Origin: a virus
Length of the DNA: 64,000 nt
Reading direction: 5' to 3' (one strand)
Virus record (IMG/VR): IMGVR_UViG_3300047470_000212
Span: 43,081 to 107,080 of that record
The notes under the pieces were generated by a model. It saw only the letters and a program-made list of their open reading frames with translations, did not search any database and was not told the DNA's origin. Shown piece by piece: positions 9,851 to 19,778 of the stretch (positions are counted from its first letter, which is position 1; the number at the start of each line of letters is the position of its first letter). Made by a program: the position numbers and the translations under genes.

Positions 9851-10499
9851 GGCGATCTCCTCCGACGACGGTGATGTGGGTGAAGGCGCCCTGGATGAAG
9901 GAGCCCATCGAGGGGTTGTATGTGTCCCCCCACTTGCTCGGCGGGACGTTGGAGGTGACGAGGGTCGGCCGGGCCTCGCGGTGTCGAAGGCGCAGCAGGT
10001 CGTCCAGCAGGCCTTCGGCGTAGCCGGACTTGGTCTTGTGCTCCTTGCCGACGTCGTCGAGGAGGAGGACGGGCGCCTTCTCGGCCGCGACGATCTTGTC
10101 CGTGATCTCCCACCAGCGGGCAACGGCCTCGGGCTCGTGCCGGTCCTGGAGACCCATCCGCTCGATGGACAACTTCACGTAGTCCGAGTAGGCCAGCCAC
10201 GCCACGGGCAGGCGGCGGCCGAAGTAGACCTCCAGCAGCGTGGACGTGGCGAGCGTGGTCTTGCCTGTGCCGGGCGGCCCTACGACCAGCAGCCCCTTGC
10301 CGATGGTGCTCCAGTCGGCCGGGTACTCGTTCAGGGGGCGCTTGTCCGTGACGTAGTGGTCCCGGAGGTTGTCCACGAACTCCTGGCAGACGGCCTTGTG
10401 CGGCGAGTCCGCCAACGTATGAAGACGCAGGTGCTTGTAGTGCGCCGGGATGCCGTACTCCTTGAGCCGCAAGGCGTGGACCCGGGGGTCAGTCGCCAT
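9840..10499 (-). CDS. DnaC/IstB-like ATPase (helicase loader)
   Basis: GPPGTGKT, LLLDDVGKE, TLVTSN; between initiator and DnaB. Confidence 0.88.
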   Translation of the reverse strand: MATDPRVHALRLKEYGIPAHYKHLRLHTLADSPHKAVCQEFVDNLRDHYVTDKRPLNEYPADWSTIGKGLLVVGPPGTGKTTLATSTLLEVYFGRRLPVAWLAYSDYVKLSIERMGLQDRHEPEAVARWWEITDKIVAAEKAPVLLLDDVGKEHKTKSGYAEGLLDDLLRLRHREARPTLVTSNVPPSKWGDTYNPSMGSFIQGAFTHITVVGGDRRAA

Positions 10500-10583
10500 G
10501 TGGATACCTCCTGGTGGTGGTGGGTTCAACGTTCAGGAGGCTACCACAGTTATCGCTTCCTGGATACGTCTTCGGAACGCGTA

Positions 10584-10613
10584 AGGGGCGGGCTGCCGAA
10601 GCAACCCGCCCCT
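10584..10613. terminator. Hairpin, likely terminator
   Basis: AGGGGCGGG...CCCGCCCCT after initiator stop. Confidence 0.55.
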
Positions 10614-10622
10614 GTGGGTCGG

Positions 10623-11690
10623 TCAGGACCAGTAGTCCTCGTTGAACCTGTTGTTCTCCACCTCGTCGACCTTGTCAGCCTTGCCCAGTCGCTGGGTCAG
10701 CAGCCCACGGGCGGCAAGGAAGTCCTTCCAGGCGACCACGTTGTCCGAGCGCTGCCAGGAGGTGGACCAGTAGGTGATGATCATCTGGCGTACCTCTTCG
10801 CGCCCAAGGCCCTGGGCCATCCACCGGCCGAAGGTCCCAGTCAGGGCTCCGAGGTTGGTGGAGCCGGGGACCGGGTGACCTACTTCCCCGGCCCGGTGGT
10901 CGAAGAATTCCGCCAGTTCCTCCGAAGGCCTCTTGGAGCGCTTCTTAGGAGTTCGCCGGGCCGGAGGGGCCAGGTCGCCATCCGAAGCCGGGAGACGGGC
11001 GGCCAGGGACTCTCCTGGATCACCGTCACCGATGGCCTGGGATACCACGTAGGCCGGATCGAGTTCCCGCTCGGCCTGCTCCTGCTCCAAGGCCTCCTGC
11101 TTCCGGGACTTCCTCTTGCCGCCAGGACCCCGGAGGGGGCGTACCGCATTCCAGCCCTTGGCTCCCGGCCTGGGAGTCTCCTCGGCATCGTAGAGATCCG
11201 ACCGCGCCGACTGGCGCGGTGGAAGAGACGTAGTCTCTTCTATTTCTCTAGTAGTACTAGTTAGGTAGTTAGGGGTTGGGTGCACTCCAGTGCAGGGTGC
11301 AATATTTGCAGGGTCCTCTGGAGTTGTTATGTCACAACTACCTTCGTCGACCCCTGCATTATTTGCAGGTGTAGTTCTTGCACCCTTCTCGGGCTCCGGA
11401 ATCCACTCTTCGATGGGGAGAATCCGGCGCACAGCGGACTTGTACCGCAGGGACTCCAGAGGCCTCTCCTCGTCGGAAACGGACTCGATGATGCGACGCT
11501 CCTCCAGGTCCCGCAGGACGTTGTAGGTCTGCCGCTCCTTGATGTTGGCCTTGCTGGCGATGGTTGGTACTGAAAGCCAGCACATCCGGAAGTCGTCATC
11601 CGCTGCGTCGGCCATGGCCAGCAGGACCAGTCGGGATGCAAGTCGGGTGTGCTTGCTCCGCATCACCTCGCCCATGATGATTACGCTCAC
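10623..11690 (-). CDS. Replication initiator with N-terminal winged HTH
   Basis: RLVLLAMADAAD...CWLSVPTIASKANIKERQTYNVLRDLEE; precedes DnaC/DnaB. Confidence 0.75.
   Translation of the reverse strand: MSVIIMGEVMRSKHTRLASRLVLLAMADAADDDFRMCWLSVPTIASKANIKERQTYNVLRDLEERRIIESVSDEERPLESLRYKSAVRRILPIEEWIPEPEKGARTTPANNAGVDEGSCDITTPEDPANIAPCTGVHPTPNYLTSTTREIEETTSLPPRQSARSDLYDAEETPRPGAKGWNAVRPLRGPGGKRKSRKQEALEQEQAERELDPAYVVSQAIGDGDPGESLAARLPASDGDLAPPARRTPKKRSKRPSEELAEFFDHRAGEVGHPVPGSTNLGALTGTFGRWMAQGLGREEVRQMIITYWSTSWQRSDNVVAWKDFLAARGLLTQRLGKADKVDEVENNRFNEDYWS
11230..11385. promoter_or_regulatory. Putative replication origin inside the initiator gene
   Basis: Repeated TGCA-based units (TGCAATATTTGCAGG, TGCATTATTTGCAGG) next to an AT-rich tract. 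Confidence 0.55.
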
Positions 11691-11734
11691 TCGGCGACTC
11701 CGAGGAAGCGATAAGTATGAAGCGATAGCGTCAT
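11687..11734 (-). CDS. 15-aa leader ORF MTLSLHTYRFLGVAE carrying CTT-CAT-ACT in frame
   Basis: Stop overlaps initiator start (GTGA). Confidence 0.55.
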   Translation of the reverse strand: MTLSLHTYRFLGVAE

Positions 11735-11787
11735 GGTAATGTGCTCTCTATCTCGGGGTTTGTGGTGGGCCTCGGGGTGTGGTGGGC

Positions 11788-11843
11788 AAAGGCCCCCGGC
11801 AGTGGCTTGAAGGTCTTGAACCTCGCCAGCGCCGGGGGCCTTT
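11788..11843. terminator. Hairpin terminator
   Basis: AAAGGCCCCCGGC...GCCGGGGGCCTTT. Confidence 0.65.
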
Positions 11844-11850
11844 GCGTTAC

Positions 11851-13080
11851 TCACTCCGAGTCGAGTTCGAGGCCCTTCTCCTCGATCTCCGCCCGGGTCA
11901 ACTGCACGACGGTCTGTCCGGCCGGGATGCGGCCACGGCCGCGACGGGTGTAGTTGCCCTCGTCGTCGACCAGGTAGGCGAACGTCTTGTTCTCGTCACG
12001 CGGGCGACCACGACGCCGACGGGGAGAGGACTGCTCCTCCTGGTCACCCTCCGGCTCCTGGTCACCCTCCGGCTCCTCGGCCGCCTCCGGCGCCTTCTGC
12101 TTCTGCTCGCCGGTCTCCGGCAGCGTATGAAGCGCCTTGCGCAGCAGTTCGGTCAGCGGTCGCTCGCGCACGTCGGCCTGGTTGATGATCGCGTTGCGCT
12201 CGTCCTCCAGACGGAAGGAGTTGTAGGCACCCTCCAAAGCGGCGCGTATCAGGAGCAGGTCGATCTCGGCGTCCGGGACCGGCTTGTCGGTCTCCTTCTG
12301 CTGCGCCTTGTGCTGCGCGCGGGCGATCGTCTCCTGCAAGGACTCCTTCTCCTCCTCGACAGGCGCCTCTTCCTCGACCGGCTCGGCGGCCTTGCGACCA
12401 CGACGGCGGGGCTCCGGCTTCGGCTCCTCCTCCGGCTTGTCCTCGGTCAGCGGCTCCTCTTCCGGCTCGGCCGTCTCCGGCTCGGCGCGACGGCCACGGC
12501 GACCGCGACGGCGGGGCTCCTCCGGCTCGGGCTCCGGCTCGGGCTCCGGCTCGGGCTCCGGCTCCGCCTCGGGCTCGGCGTGGGTCTCGGCAGCGAAGGA
12601 GATGTCGTCGAGTCCGGCCGTCAGGTCCTTGGCCGTGATCCCAGCGGCCTCGGCCGCGTCCAGGAGGAGTTCGGCCTCCTCGCTGCCCTCGGAACCCCAC
12701 AGCAGGATCACGTGGGCGTCGCCCTGACTGTCGGCGTTCTTGAGGAGTTCGACGATCCCGGCGGTGACGTTGGCAGTCTTCACGACCTCCTCGGCGTCCT
12801 TGAGGATCTTGTCGACGGCCCGGCTCTTCTCGCCGTCGGTGACCGCGACGAACGGGATGTCGGCCCACTCGGACCACTCCAGGACGGTCTCCAGTCCGTC
12901 GGACAGGTGCTTCTTGGTGATCGGGAGGATGAGCGTGATCTCGCGCTCGGAGGGCTCGGGGTAGCCGTCCTTGTCTTCCTCGCCGAGGCCCACGAAGTCG
13001 TTCAGGAGGGCCTTGACGTTGTCCAGGTCGGTGGCGGCGTCGCCAGCGAAGGCGAGTGCGATGGGCTGAGTGCTGCTCAA
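11851..13080 (-). CDS. Acidic low-complexity protein with Arg-rich/AT-hook-like motifs
   Basis: TTG start with GGAG RBS; (EP)n tract; RRRRGRPR and RRGRGRIP near C-terminus. Confidence 0.7.
   Translation of the reverse strand: MSSTQPIALAFAGDAATDLDNVKALLNDFVGLGEEDKDGYPEPSEREITLILPITKKHLSDGLETVLEWSEWADIPFVAVTDGEKSRAVDKILKDAEEVVKTANVTAGIVELLKNADSQGDAHVILLWGSEGSEEAELLLDAAEAAGITAKDLTAGLDDISFAAETHAEPEAEPEPEPEPEPEPEPEEPRRRGRRGRRAEPETAEPEEEPLTEDKPEEEPKPEPRRRGRKAAEPVEEEAPVEEEKESLQETIARAQHKAQQKETDKPVPDAEIDLLLIRAALEGAYNSFRLEDERNAIINQADVRERPLTELLRKALHTLPETGEQKQKAPEAAEEPEGDQEPEGDQEEQSSPRRRRGRPRDENKTFAYLVDDEGNYTRRGRGRIPAGQTVVQLTRAEIEEKGLELDSE
12520..12577. repeat. 12-bp tandem repeat encoding (EP)n
   Basis: CTCCGGCTCGGG units. 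Confidence 0.75.
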
Positions 13081-13201
13081 GTCTGCTCCCGATGTGGTGT
13101 GTTTGCCGCCCTTCCGGCGACAGGAGAAGACGTTACCGGTTACGGCTTCTAAAAGCAAGAAACCCCCGCTTCGCAAGCGAGGGTTTCAAAGCGTTTGACA
13201 A

Positions 13202-13486
13202 CTAGGGCAGGTCAGGAACCCTGCGACCGGTGGCCGGATGCCTACGAGGAAGCCGCAGCGCCGGGGCCACCGAACCACCCCGGACAGGGATGTGCAGCAG
13301 GGCCACCACTCCGGCCGCAGCCGCAGCAGTCAGCCAGGGGACGGGAACACGCTGCGCCTCGTAGGCCAGGCCGACAACCACGAGGGGCTGGAGCCAGGCC
13401 GGGAGGGTGAACGGGAGCACGACGACCAGCCACTCCCACGCGGTGAACGTGGCGAATGCGATCAGCAGGAGCCGGAACCAGTCCAT
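13202..13486 (-). CDS. Small membrane protein (lysis region)
   Basis: Three hydrophobic segments. Confidence 0.65.
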   Translation of the reverse strand: MDWFRLLLIAFATFTAWEWLVVVLPFTLPAWLQPLVVVGLAYEAQRVPVPWLTAAAAAGVVALLHIPVRGGSVAPALRLPRRHPATGRRVPDLP

Positions 13487-13489
13487 AGG

Positions 13490-14020
13490 TCAGACCGACC
13501 TCGGGCCGAGGGGAGACTGCGGGAGCGCCTGGGTGGTGATGGTCTCCTGGGCGACCAGGGCTGGCTTGACCGCACGCTGGAGCGCAGCGTGCAGGGCGAC
13601 GGCGATCTGCTCGATGGCCTCGGGACTCAGGGTGGCGCCGCTGACCTGCGCCGGGGGCTCGACTGCCTCCGTCTCCTCGACGTACTTGGCCAAGGTGGCG
13701 GGCGATATATGAAGCCGGTTCTCGGTCTCGGTGATCAGGGCGTTCTGGAGCCAGCCGAACCACGCGTACTTCTTGAGCAGCGAGTGGTAGAAGGCGGTGC
13801 CGGTCACCCAGGCGAGGAAGGACGCGACGACGGCCGGGGCCCAGTAGAAGTGCTGGGGGTGGGCCTGGTAGACGGCCCAGAAGCCCGTGGCGACCGCGAG
13901 GACGGCATGCGCGGCACCCTTGACCGTGGCGTTGGTCGACGGCCGGGTGAACAGCGCGACGATGGCTGGCAGGGCCAGGCCGACGACGAGGGAAGCCGCG
14001 TCGGCGTAGTTGGTGAGCAT
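13490..14020 (-). CDS. Holin-like membrane protein
   Basis: Three N-terminal TM segments, at end of tail operon. Confidence 0.6.
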   Translation of the reverse strand: MLTNYADAASLVVGLALPAIVALFTRPSTNATVKGAAHAVLAVATGFWAVYQAHPQHFYWAPAVVASFLAWVTGTAFYHSLLKKYAWFGWLQNALITETENRLHISPATLAKYVEETEAVEPPAQVSGATLSPEAIEQIAVALHAALQRAVKPALVAQETITTQALPQSPLGPRSV

Positions 14021-14043
14021 GCGTGTCCTTTACGGGTTCGTGG

Positions 14044-15258
14044 TTACTGGGTCGGGAGTACGGCATATTGGGGAACCGCTGAAGTGATTCCCAAAGGAGT
14101 ATTCTCGTCGAGCAACGTGCGGATGAGGTAACTCCGCTCGGTGTAGTTCTCGTAGTAGTAGGAGCGGGTCAGGTTCGCGGTGCCGCTGGCTTCCCAGAGG
14201 TAGTCGGCGCCCATTGAGCCGTCGAAGTACGGGCGTACCGCTGCGCCTTCTTCGACCAGGACTCCGTCGAACCAGAAGATGCTCGACTGCCCGGCGGCCA
14301 TGGTGGTCCGATCAACGAACAGCCCCAAGGTCGTCGTTGATGCGCTCACGTCGAAGGTGACCCACACTGTGCGCCAGCGCTTGTTGCTCGGGTCCGGCTT
14401 GGCGCTGCGGAAGGAGACGCGGTTGACCAGGGTTGCGTTGTTCGACGCGTACGGAATGACATCCCCGCAGCCCTGCGCGACGGCGACACGTACGCTCGCC
14501 GTGTAGCGGCGCCCCGGGATGAGCCCGTTCAGCGTCCAGTGGCTTCCGCCGTTGAGGGTTCCGGCAGATGGCACTGTGACCACGCACGAGGAGGTGCCTC
14601 GCCAACACAGGGAGTCCTGCGCCACGGTGGCGCTATTGAATCCGGTGACCCCTGTAATCCCACTCTCGAAGTTTGGGTTGGCGGCGTAGTTCAACCGTGT
14701 TGGCTTGATGACGACGCGCAGTTCCCTTGCGTTCTGGTAGGCGCTCGGTCCGGCCGAGCCCAGGGACAGCGGCTCGAACTGCACGGCGTCCAGGATCTGG
14801 TGTTTGTTCGCTGACATGCTGGCGAACTTGAAGCCGACGGAGGCGTACGTTGCCCGCTTCCAGGCGTACCCACCGCCGGATACGGGGTAGTCGACCGGGC
14901 CGGTGAACGCGGCGTACGGGCGGCTGTAGGAGCCTGCTACTCCTGACTTGAGCGTGCCGGAGGTGATGCCCATCCATGCCTGCGCCGGGTCGACACCTTG
15001 GTAGGGGTAGTGGGAGAAGTCCTTGAAGGCAGCCGCCGGGGCCTTCACTCCGGCCGAGAGCGCACCGTCCACGGAGAACTGTCCCGCCAGCGGCGCCAGT
15101 GGCTTGCCGCGTGGCACCTTGATGGCCAGGCCACCGTTGATGGTGACCAGGCCGAACAGGTCCGGGGAGTACGTGGTGAACTTCCGCGCGACGATGGTGC
15201 CGCTGACGGAGAACTGGTTGAAGTACTCCGTGGTGTTGCTGAAGGTCAGGTTCGGCAT
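14044..15258 (-). CDS. Tail/baseplate protein with carbohydrate-binding-like domain
   Basis: NYAANPNFES...FWFDGVLVEEG..PYFDG. Confidence 0.7.
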   Translation of the reverse strand: MPNLTFSNTTEYFNQFSVSGTIVARKFTTYSPDLFGLVTINGGLAIKVPRGKPLAPLAGQFSVDGALSAGVKAPAAAFKDFSHYPYQGVDPAQAWMGITSGTLKSGVAGSYSRPYAAFTGPVDYPVSGGGYAWKRATYASVGFKFASMSANKHQILDAVQFEPLSLGSAGPSAYQNARELRVVIKPTRLNYAANPNFESGITGVTGFNSATVAQDSLCWRGTSSCVVTVPSAGTLNGGSHWTLNGLIPGRRYTASVRVAVAQGCGDVIPYASNNATLVNRVSFRSAKPDPSNKRWRTVWVTFDVSASTTTLGLFVDRTTMAAGQSSIFWFDGVLVEEGAAVRPYFDGSMGADYLWEASGTANLTRSYYYENYTERSYLIRTLLDENTPLGITSAVPQYAVLPTQ

Positions 15259-17240
15259 CAGGTGACCGCCATTCCCACGCGGGTGGCAGTGCTGAGCGTC
15301 GAGTTGGTAGTCGTGAGCACCTGAGATCCGTTCCGGTAGACCGTGATGTTGCTCCCGGAGTAGGCCACCGTGATGCGGTCGCCGTCCGAGAACGCCGTGG
15401 AGTAGTTGAGGGTCGTGGTCGCCACGCCCGCCTGGATGAGGTGGAGTGCCGTCCTCCCGGCCCGCCAGTAGTTGCTGGAGTCCTGGAGCCGGAAGACCAC
15501 ACCCTGCTTGAGGGTGTTGCCGGGGTTGGTCAGGAGGGTCCCCGCCACCGTGCCGTCAGCGTGGCCCGGGATCGTGGCGATCGACGCCGTTGCACCAACT
15601 GGGTACGCGCAGCCGCCCCCGTAGCCGCCGGAGGTCCACTGCCCAAGGGTCTCGGCCCAGGACGCGGCCCCGATGTCCGAGGTGCGGGTCGTCCAGTTCA
15701 CCCATCCCTGGGTGAAGGAGTCGAGCACGTTGTACGCGGGCAGGGCGTCGCTGTACAGCGAGGTGATCAGAGTTCCGTGGTTGTCGTAGTACTCGACGAA
15801 CGGGTACACGTTCACCTGCTCGCCGGAGTACGCCTGCGCGTAGCCGGACAGGCACATCTGCACGCGCTCGTCGTATCCCAGCGGCGTCCACTGTGCGTTC
15901 GCGGTAGGTGTGTCCGGCGGGGCGACGTTGATGCTCGCGGTGAGCGCCTGGTAGACGCGGCCGTGGAAGATGACGGAGTCGCCGGGCTGGTAGTAGGTGT
16001 CGTCGTCCCAGGACTGCCAGGTGTACGGCAGCGGGACGCCGAACAGGACCGGCTGCTGCGGGTCCATCGTCGCCTGCCCGGAGACGCGGCCGACGGAGCG
16101 CACGCCCATGGTGGCGACCGACCCACCGGAGTTGGTGTTACGCACCCACAGCGCGTTGCCCGCCTTGTCATCAGGGTTGGTTGGGTTCTGCACGCCGATG
16201 CCCACCAGGACGCCGTTGGTGCCCGGGGTGACGCCTGCGGTGAAGGAGATCTCTTCCCATCCGGCGACGTGTCCGTTGGCGTCGACCAGCGTGGAGTCTG
16301 TGCCGTACTGAACCACCGTCCAGTAGGCATTGGAGGAGTTGGTACCCGTAGGGATCTGGGAGGCACCGTAGGCGCCGCTGCTGCCCGCCTGGTAGAGGTA
16401 GGAGCCGAACTCAGCCTTGTCTCCGGCCGCATAGTTCACGCTCGCGTCCCACTGCGGGAAGGACGGGTGGTCGAAGTCCGCCTGGTCGTCGGAGAGCATG
16501 AGGTTGTAGCCGATGGACAGGTCGGCGTCGTAGCCGGTCGTCTCGGAGATGATGGACCTGATCTGCTCCAGGGTGCCCTTCTGGCGGCCGAGGGTCGCAG
16601 CGTCACGCACCCGCTGCCGGAAGAGGTAGGCCGGAGTGGACGCCTCGTACTCGATACCGAACTGCGTAGCCAACTGGGAGATGTTGTCGAAGCGGGTGCG
16701 CATCGCATCGTTGGTGTACCGGTTGGAGTCGTAGTACGACCTCACCATGTCGAAGCCGAACCCGAAGATCGACAGGAACGGATGCAGGAACGGGTTCAAG
16801 GTGTTGGAGTCGTCGGTGACGTTGTTGCCCGGCGCGATGTCGACCTTGTAGTGCTCGGGAACGAGCCCGTACAGGAGGTCGGTGTACCCGTTGTCCTTCG
16901 GCATGAGGCAGGACACTGTGCCCGCGCGGGACCACTGGCCGGACGCCTTGATGAAGATCGTGTAGTACAGCCAGTGCCCCCCGACCACGCCCCTGTCGAC
17001 GAACGACGTCGACTTGGATGTCTGGTCGAGCAGGACCTCTCCGTCGTTCTCGTTGACGGCCCAGCCGAACCTGTTGCGCAGTAGGCGCAGGTTGGTCCAC
17101 GAACCGGCTGGGGACGCCCAGTCGAGCAGCACGGTGGAGTAGTCGGCGGGCGTGGCTGTGAACGGGCTGACGTCGAACTCGGCCCGGATGTCCGTGCCGT
17201 ACTTCGAGAGCCCGTATTTGGAGACGCCGTATGTACCCAA
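15258..17240 (-). CDS. Baseplate (P2 gpI-like) protein fused to small carbohydrate-binding repeats
   Basis: RQKGTLEQIR motif; two W....Y..GD.V...G..Y.A repeats. Confidence 0.7.
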   Translation of the reverse strand: MGTYGVSKYGLSKYGTDIRAEFDVSPFTATPADYSTVLLDWASPAGSWTNLRLLRNRFGWAVNENDGEVLLDQTSKSTSFVDRGVVGGHWLYYTIFIKASGQWSRAGTVSCLMPKDNGYTDLLYGLVPEHYKVDIAPGNNVTDDSNTLNPFLHPFLSIFGFGFDMVRSYYDSNRYTNDAMRTRFDNISQLATQFGIEYEASTPAYLFRQRVRDAATLGRQKGTLEQIRSIISETTGYDADLSIGYNLMLSDDQADFDHPSFPQWDASVNYAAGDKAEFGSYLYQAGSSGAYGASQIPTGTNSSNAYWTVVQYGTDSTLVDANGHVAGWEEISFTAGVTPGTNGVLVGIGVQNPTNPDDKAGNALWVRNTNSGGSVATMGVRSVGRVSGQATMDPQQPVLFGVPLPYTWQSWDDDTYYQPGDSVIFHGRVYQALTASINVAPPDTPTANAQWTPLGYDERVQMCLSGYAQAYSGEQVNVYPFVEYYDNHGTLITSLYSDALPAYNVLDSFTQGWVNWTTRTSDIGAASWAETLGQWTSGGYGGGCAYPVGATASIATIPGHADGTVAGTLLTNPGNTLKQGVVFRLQDSSNYWRAGRTALHLIQAGVATTTLNYSTAFSDGDRITVAYSGSNITVYRNGSQVLTTTNSTLSTATRVGMAVT

Positions 17241-17246
17241 GGCGGA

Positions 17247-17894
17247 TCACATCTCCCGGAGCATGGAGACGGAGAAATTGATCTCGTCCAGGGTGTAGGT
17301 CTTGCCACCGAAGGGGTTGCGCTCGATCATCTCGATCTTCTTGCCCGCGCTCACGGGGCCCTGCCAGAACGCCGTCGTGTGGCTGTAGCCGTTGAAGTTG
17401 TGCGTGACGGTGTGGCAGACGACGCGGCTACCGCCGACGGCGATGCCCAGCCAGCGCTCGGGGTCTTCGAGCAGGATCGTGCCTCGGCAGTACGCGGAGG
17501 CTAGCCACCAGCCGGTGCGGTTGGCGGTGACCGAGGAGCCGTTGAAGATGCCCTCGGGGTCGTTGGTCGCCGACGGCCTGGGGAACGGGATCGGCACGCG
17601 CTCGGCAGCGGCGGAGATGTGCGTCTTCACAGGCTTGAAGGTGTGCGAGGTCTTGGTCATGTAGCAGACGGGTATGCCCTTGCCGCGCTGGATGGAGTCG
17701 AGACGATCGGCGACCGAGGCCCACTTGTTCGTCTTCATCTTCAGCGTGGTGTCCTGGTGCGGGTTGATGCCCAGGGTCTGCTGCATGGCCAGCACTTCGT
17801 CTTGCAGGTTGTTCACGTGGGAGGCGTCGATATCCTCGACGAGGTTCTTGTGCGTCGTGAACGTCTTGTACTGGTGTGGGTAGACAGCGGCCAT
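17247..17894 (-). CDS. Tail fibre/baseplate-associated protein
   Basis: IDASHVNNLQDEV; start overlaps baseplate J stop (TAATG). Confidence 0.65.
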   Translation of the reverse strand: MAAVYPHQYKTFTTHKNLVEDIDASHVNNLQDEVLAMQQTLGINPHQDTTLKMKTNKWASVADRLDSIQRGKGIPVCYMTKTSHTFKPVKTHISAAAERVPIPFPRPSATNDPEGIFNGSSVTANRTGWWLASAYCRGTILLEDPERWLGIAVGGSRVVCHTVTHNFNGYSHTTAFWQGPVSAGKKIEMIERNPFGGKTYTLDEINFSVSMLREM

Positions 17895-19366
17895 TAGCCG
17901 ATCCCTCCGGTCATGGTGATGTTGGAGATGTTTCCGACCTTCGGGATCTCCCAGGCGCGGAAGACAACGTCGGCTGTGCCGGTCTGCGCGGCGTCCGCGC
18001 GGGCGATCATGGGGATGTCGACGTAGCGCACGCCGTCCACCGCGAGCAGGGCCTTGTAGAAGTCGCTGAGGGTCATCCGCATACCGAAGTCGACGTTGGC
18101 GAATCCGAGCATGTTCTTCAGGGCCTGCTGCACGTCGTAGAGGACCGAGGCCCTGGAGTAGCGGGGCCAGCACTCGACGGTGATGGGCTTGGTGGACGAG
18201 CCGACGTTCACGCTGACCACGGATGGGCCTGCCACGGTGACTGTGGAGCCCGCCAGGGCCTTGGCCTGGAGGGTGGCCTGCACGTTGTTCAGGGTCGTTG
18301 TGTTGGGCTGTCCGCCGTCCGCTCCGATGACGTACACGGAGACGCTGGTGTAGGTCGAGGCGACGGCGTTGGCCCGGACGATGCCGGGAAGGGTCAGTGC
18401 CAGGTCGGAGAAGTCCCGGAGGGTGACGCAGCGGTCCTGACTGCGGAAGATTCGCGGCGCGTTGGCCCTGATCTGATCGTTGGTCTCGGGGTCTGCACCG
18501 CCGGACATGGCCGAGGAGATCGCCGTGCCGCTGGAGTTCTGGGCGATGGTGACGCCGGGCAGGTTCGAGGAGGCGAGGGCGTTGACCACGCCCGCGTTGA
18601 CGTTTCCGATCGTGCCGCCACCGACGCGGTAGGTCGCGTAGATGGTCAACTGACTGTTGGGGATGGCGCCGTTGATGTTGTCGCCGAAGCGGATCCACGC
18701 TGCGCCGGAGTCGTCCAGGAACGTCGTGAACACCTTGTCTTCGGGGTCGGCGTCCACCAGGTAGTTGATGTAGGTCCACTCGGTCGCGGCGTTGACGTCG
18801 TCCACGAAGACCTGCACGGTGCCGTTGATGACGGGCACGTCCGGCAGCCGGAACTCCTGCACGGGCAGGCCCGAGCTGGTGCCAACGTTGACCTGGCTGC
18901 GGGTGACTCCCTGGGTGACCGGGACTGTGGCCTTGCCACCGTTGACCGGCACCAGGATGTCGGAGTCGGTCTCGTAGGTGACCGGGCTGTCGATGGTGTC
19001 GATGTAGTCGGTGACGACCTGAGTGCCCGCAGGCACCAGGACAGCCGGTCCGGGGTTGGACGTCTGGAAGGTGACCGTGCCAGTGGCCGGGACACCGTTG
19101 CTCGGGGTGTAGCCGAGCAGGTCCGCAATCTGGAGCAGGGACAGGCGCTGGGTCGCGGTCGGCAGGAAGGCCTCCTGCTGGAGCCGGTCACCGTAGTAGG
19201 AGAGGCTGTCCCCGAGGTAGGAGAACAGCTCGACCATGAGCACGCCGAAGTCGCCCTCCGAGCCAGGTACCCACTGCGGGAAGGCTCGGGCGGCGTAGTC
19301 CAGCAGGGAGGCCTTGAAGCCCTCGTAATCCCGACTGGTGTAGTCGATAGCCGGTACGTCAGCCAC
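17894..19366 (-). CDS. Baseplate J-like wedge protein
   Basis: IDYTSRDYE, DFGVLMVELFSY, GGADPET, RCVTLRDF. Confidence 0.92.
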   Translation of the reverse strand: MADVPAIDYTSRDYEGFKASLLDYAARAFPQWVPGSEGDFGVLMVELFSYLGDSLSYYGDRLQQEAFLPTATQRLSLLQIADLLGYTPSNGVPATGTVTFQTSNPGPAVLVPAGTQVVTDYIDTIDSPVTYETDSDILVPVNGGKATVPVTQGVTRSQVNVGTSSGLPVQEFRLPDVPVINGTVQVFVDDVNAATEWTYINYLVDADPEDKVFTTFLDDSGAAWIRFGDNINGAIPNSQLTIYATYRVGGGTIGNVNAGVVNALASSNLPGVTIAQNSSGTAISSAMSGGADPETNDQIRANAPRIFRSQDRCVTLRDFSDLALTLPGIVRANAVASTYTSVSVYVIGADGGQPNTTTLNNVQATLQAKALAGSTVTVAGPSVVSVNVGSSTKPITVECWPRYSRASVLYDVQQALKNMLGFANVDFGMRMTLSDFYKALLAVDGVRYVDIPMIARADAAQTGTADVVFRAWEIPKVGNISNITMTGGIG

Positions 19367-19778
19367 TGATGACCTCGCTTACGGTGCCGCCCACACGCAC
19401 CACAGCGGTGTTGGTCTGGAGCGACAGGCTGGATGGGGACGCCCCGGCCTCGCGGCGCATGTAGTCGACCTCGATACGGGCGAGCGACATCTGGGAGGCA
19501 TCAGGGATAGGGGTGGCCCTCTGGAGGAGCACACCGGGCTCGTACCGGTCGAATGCAGAGGTCACGGCACGGCTGATTTCCTGCGCGACAAAGGTCGCGT
19601 CAGGGTCGAAAAGCAGATCGGCCACCGGGACTCCATAGTCCGGGAGCATGACCCGCTCCCCCGGCTGCGTGCCGACGAGCGCATTGACATGCTGGGCGAT
19701 CTGCCTGTCGGGATTCGTCTCGACGGCGATTTTCCCGTCGGACGCAAGTCGAAATGGAACTGCAATCTCGGTAGGCAT
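19359..19778 (-). CDS. gp25/GPW baseplate wedge protein
   Basis: TQPGERVMLPDYG, YEP. Confidence 0.9.
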   Translation of the reverse strand: MPTEIAVPFRLASDGKIAVETNPDRQIAQHVNALVGTQPGERVMLPDYGVPVADLLFDPDATFVAQEISRAVTSAFDRYEPGVLLQRATPIPDASQMSLARIEVDYMRREAGASPSSLSLQTNTAVVRVGGTVSEVISG

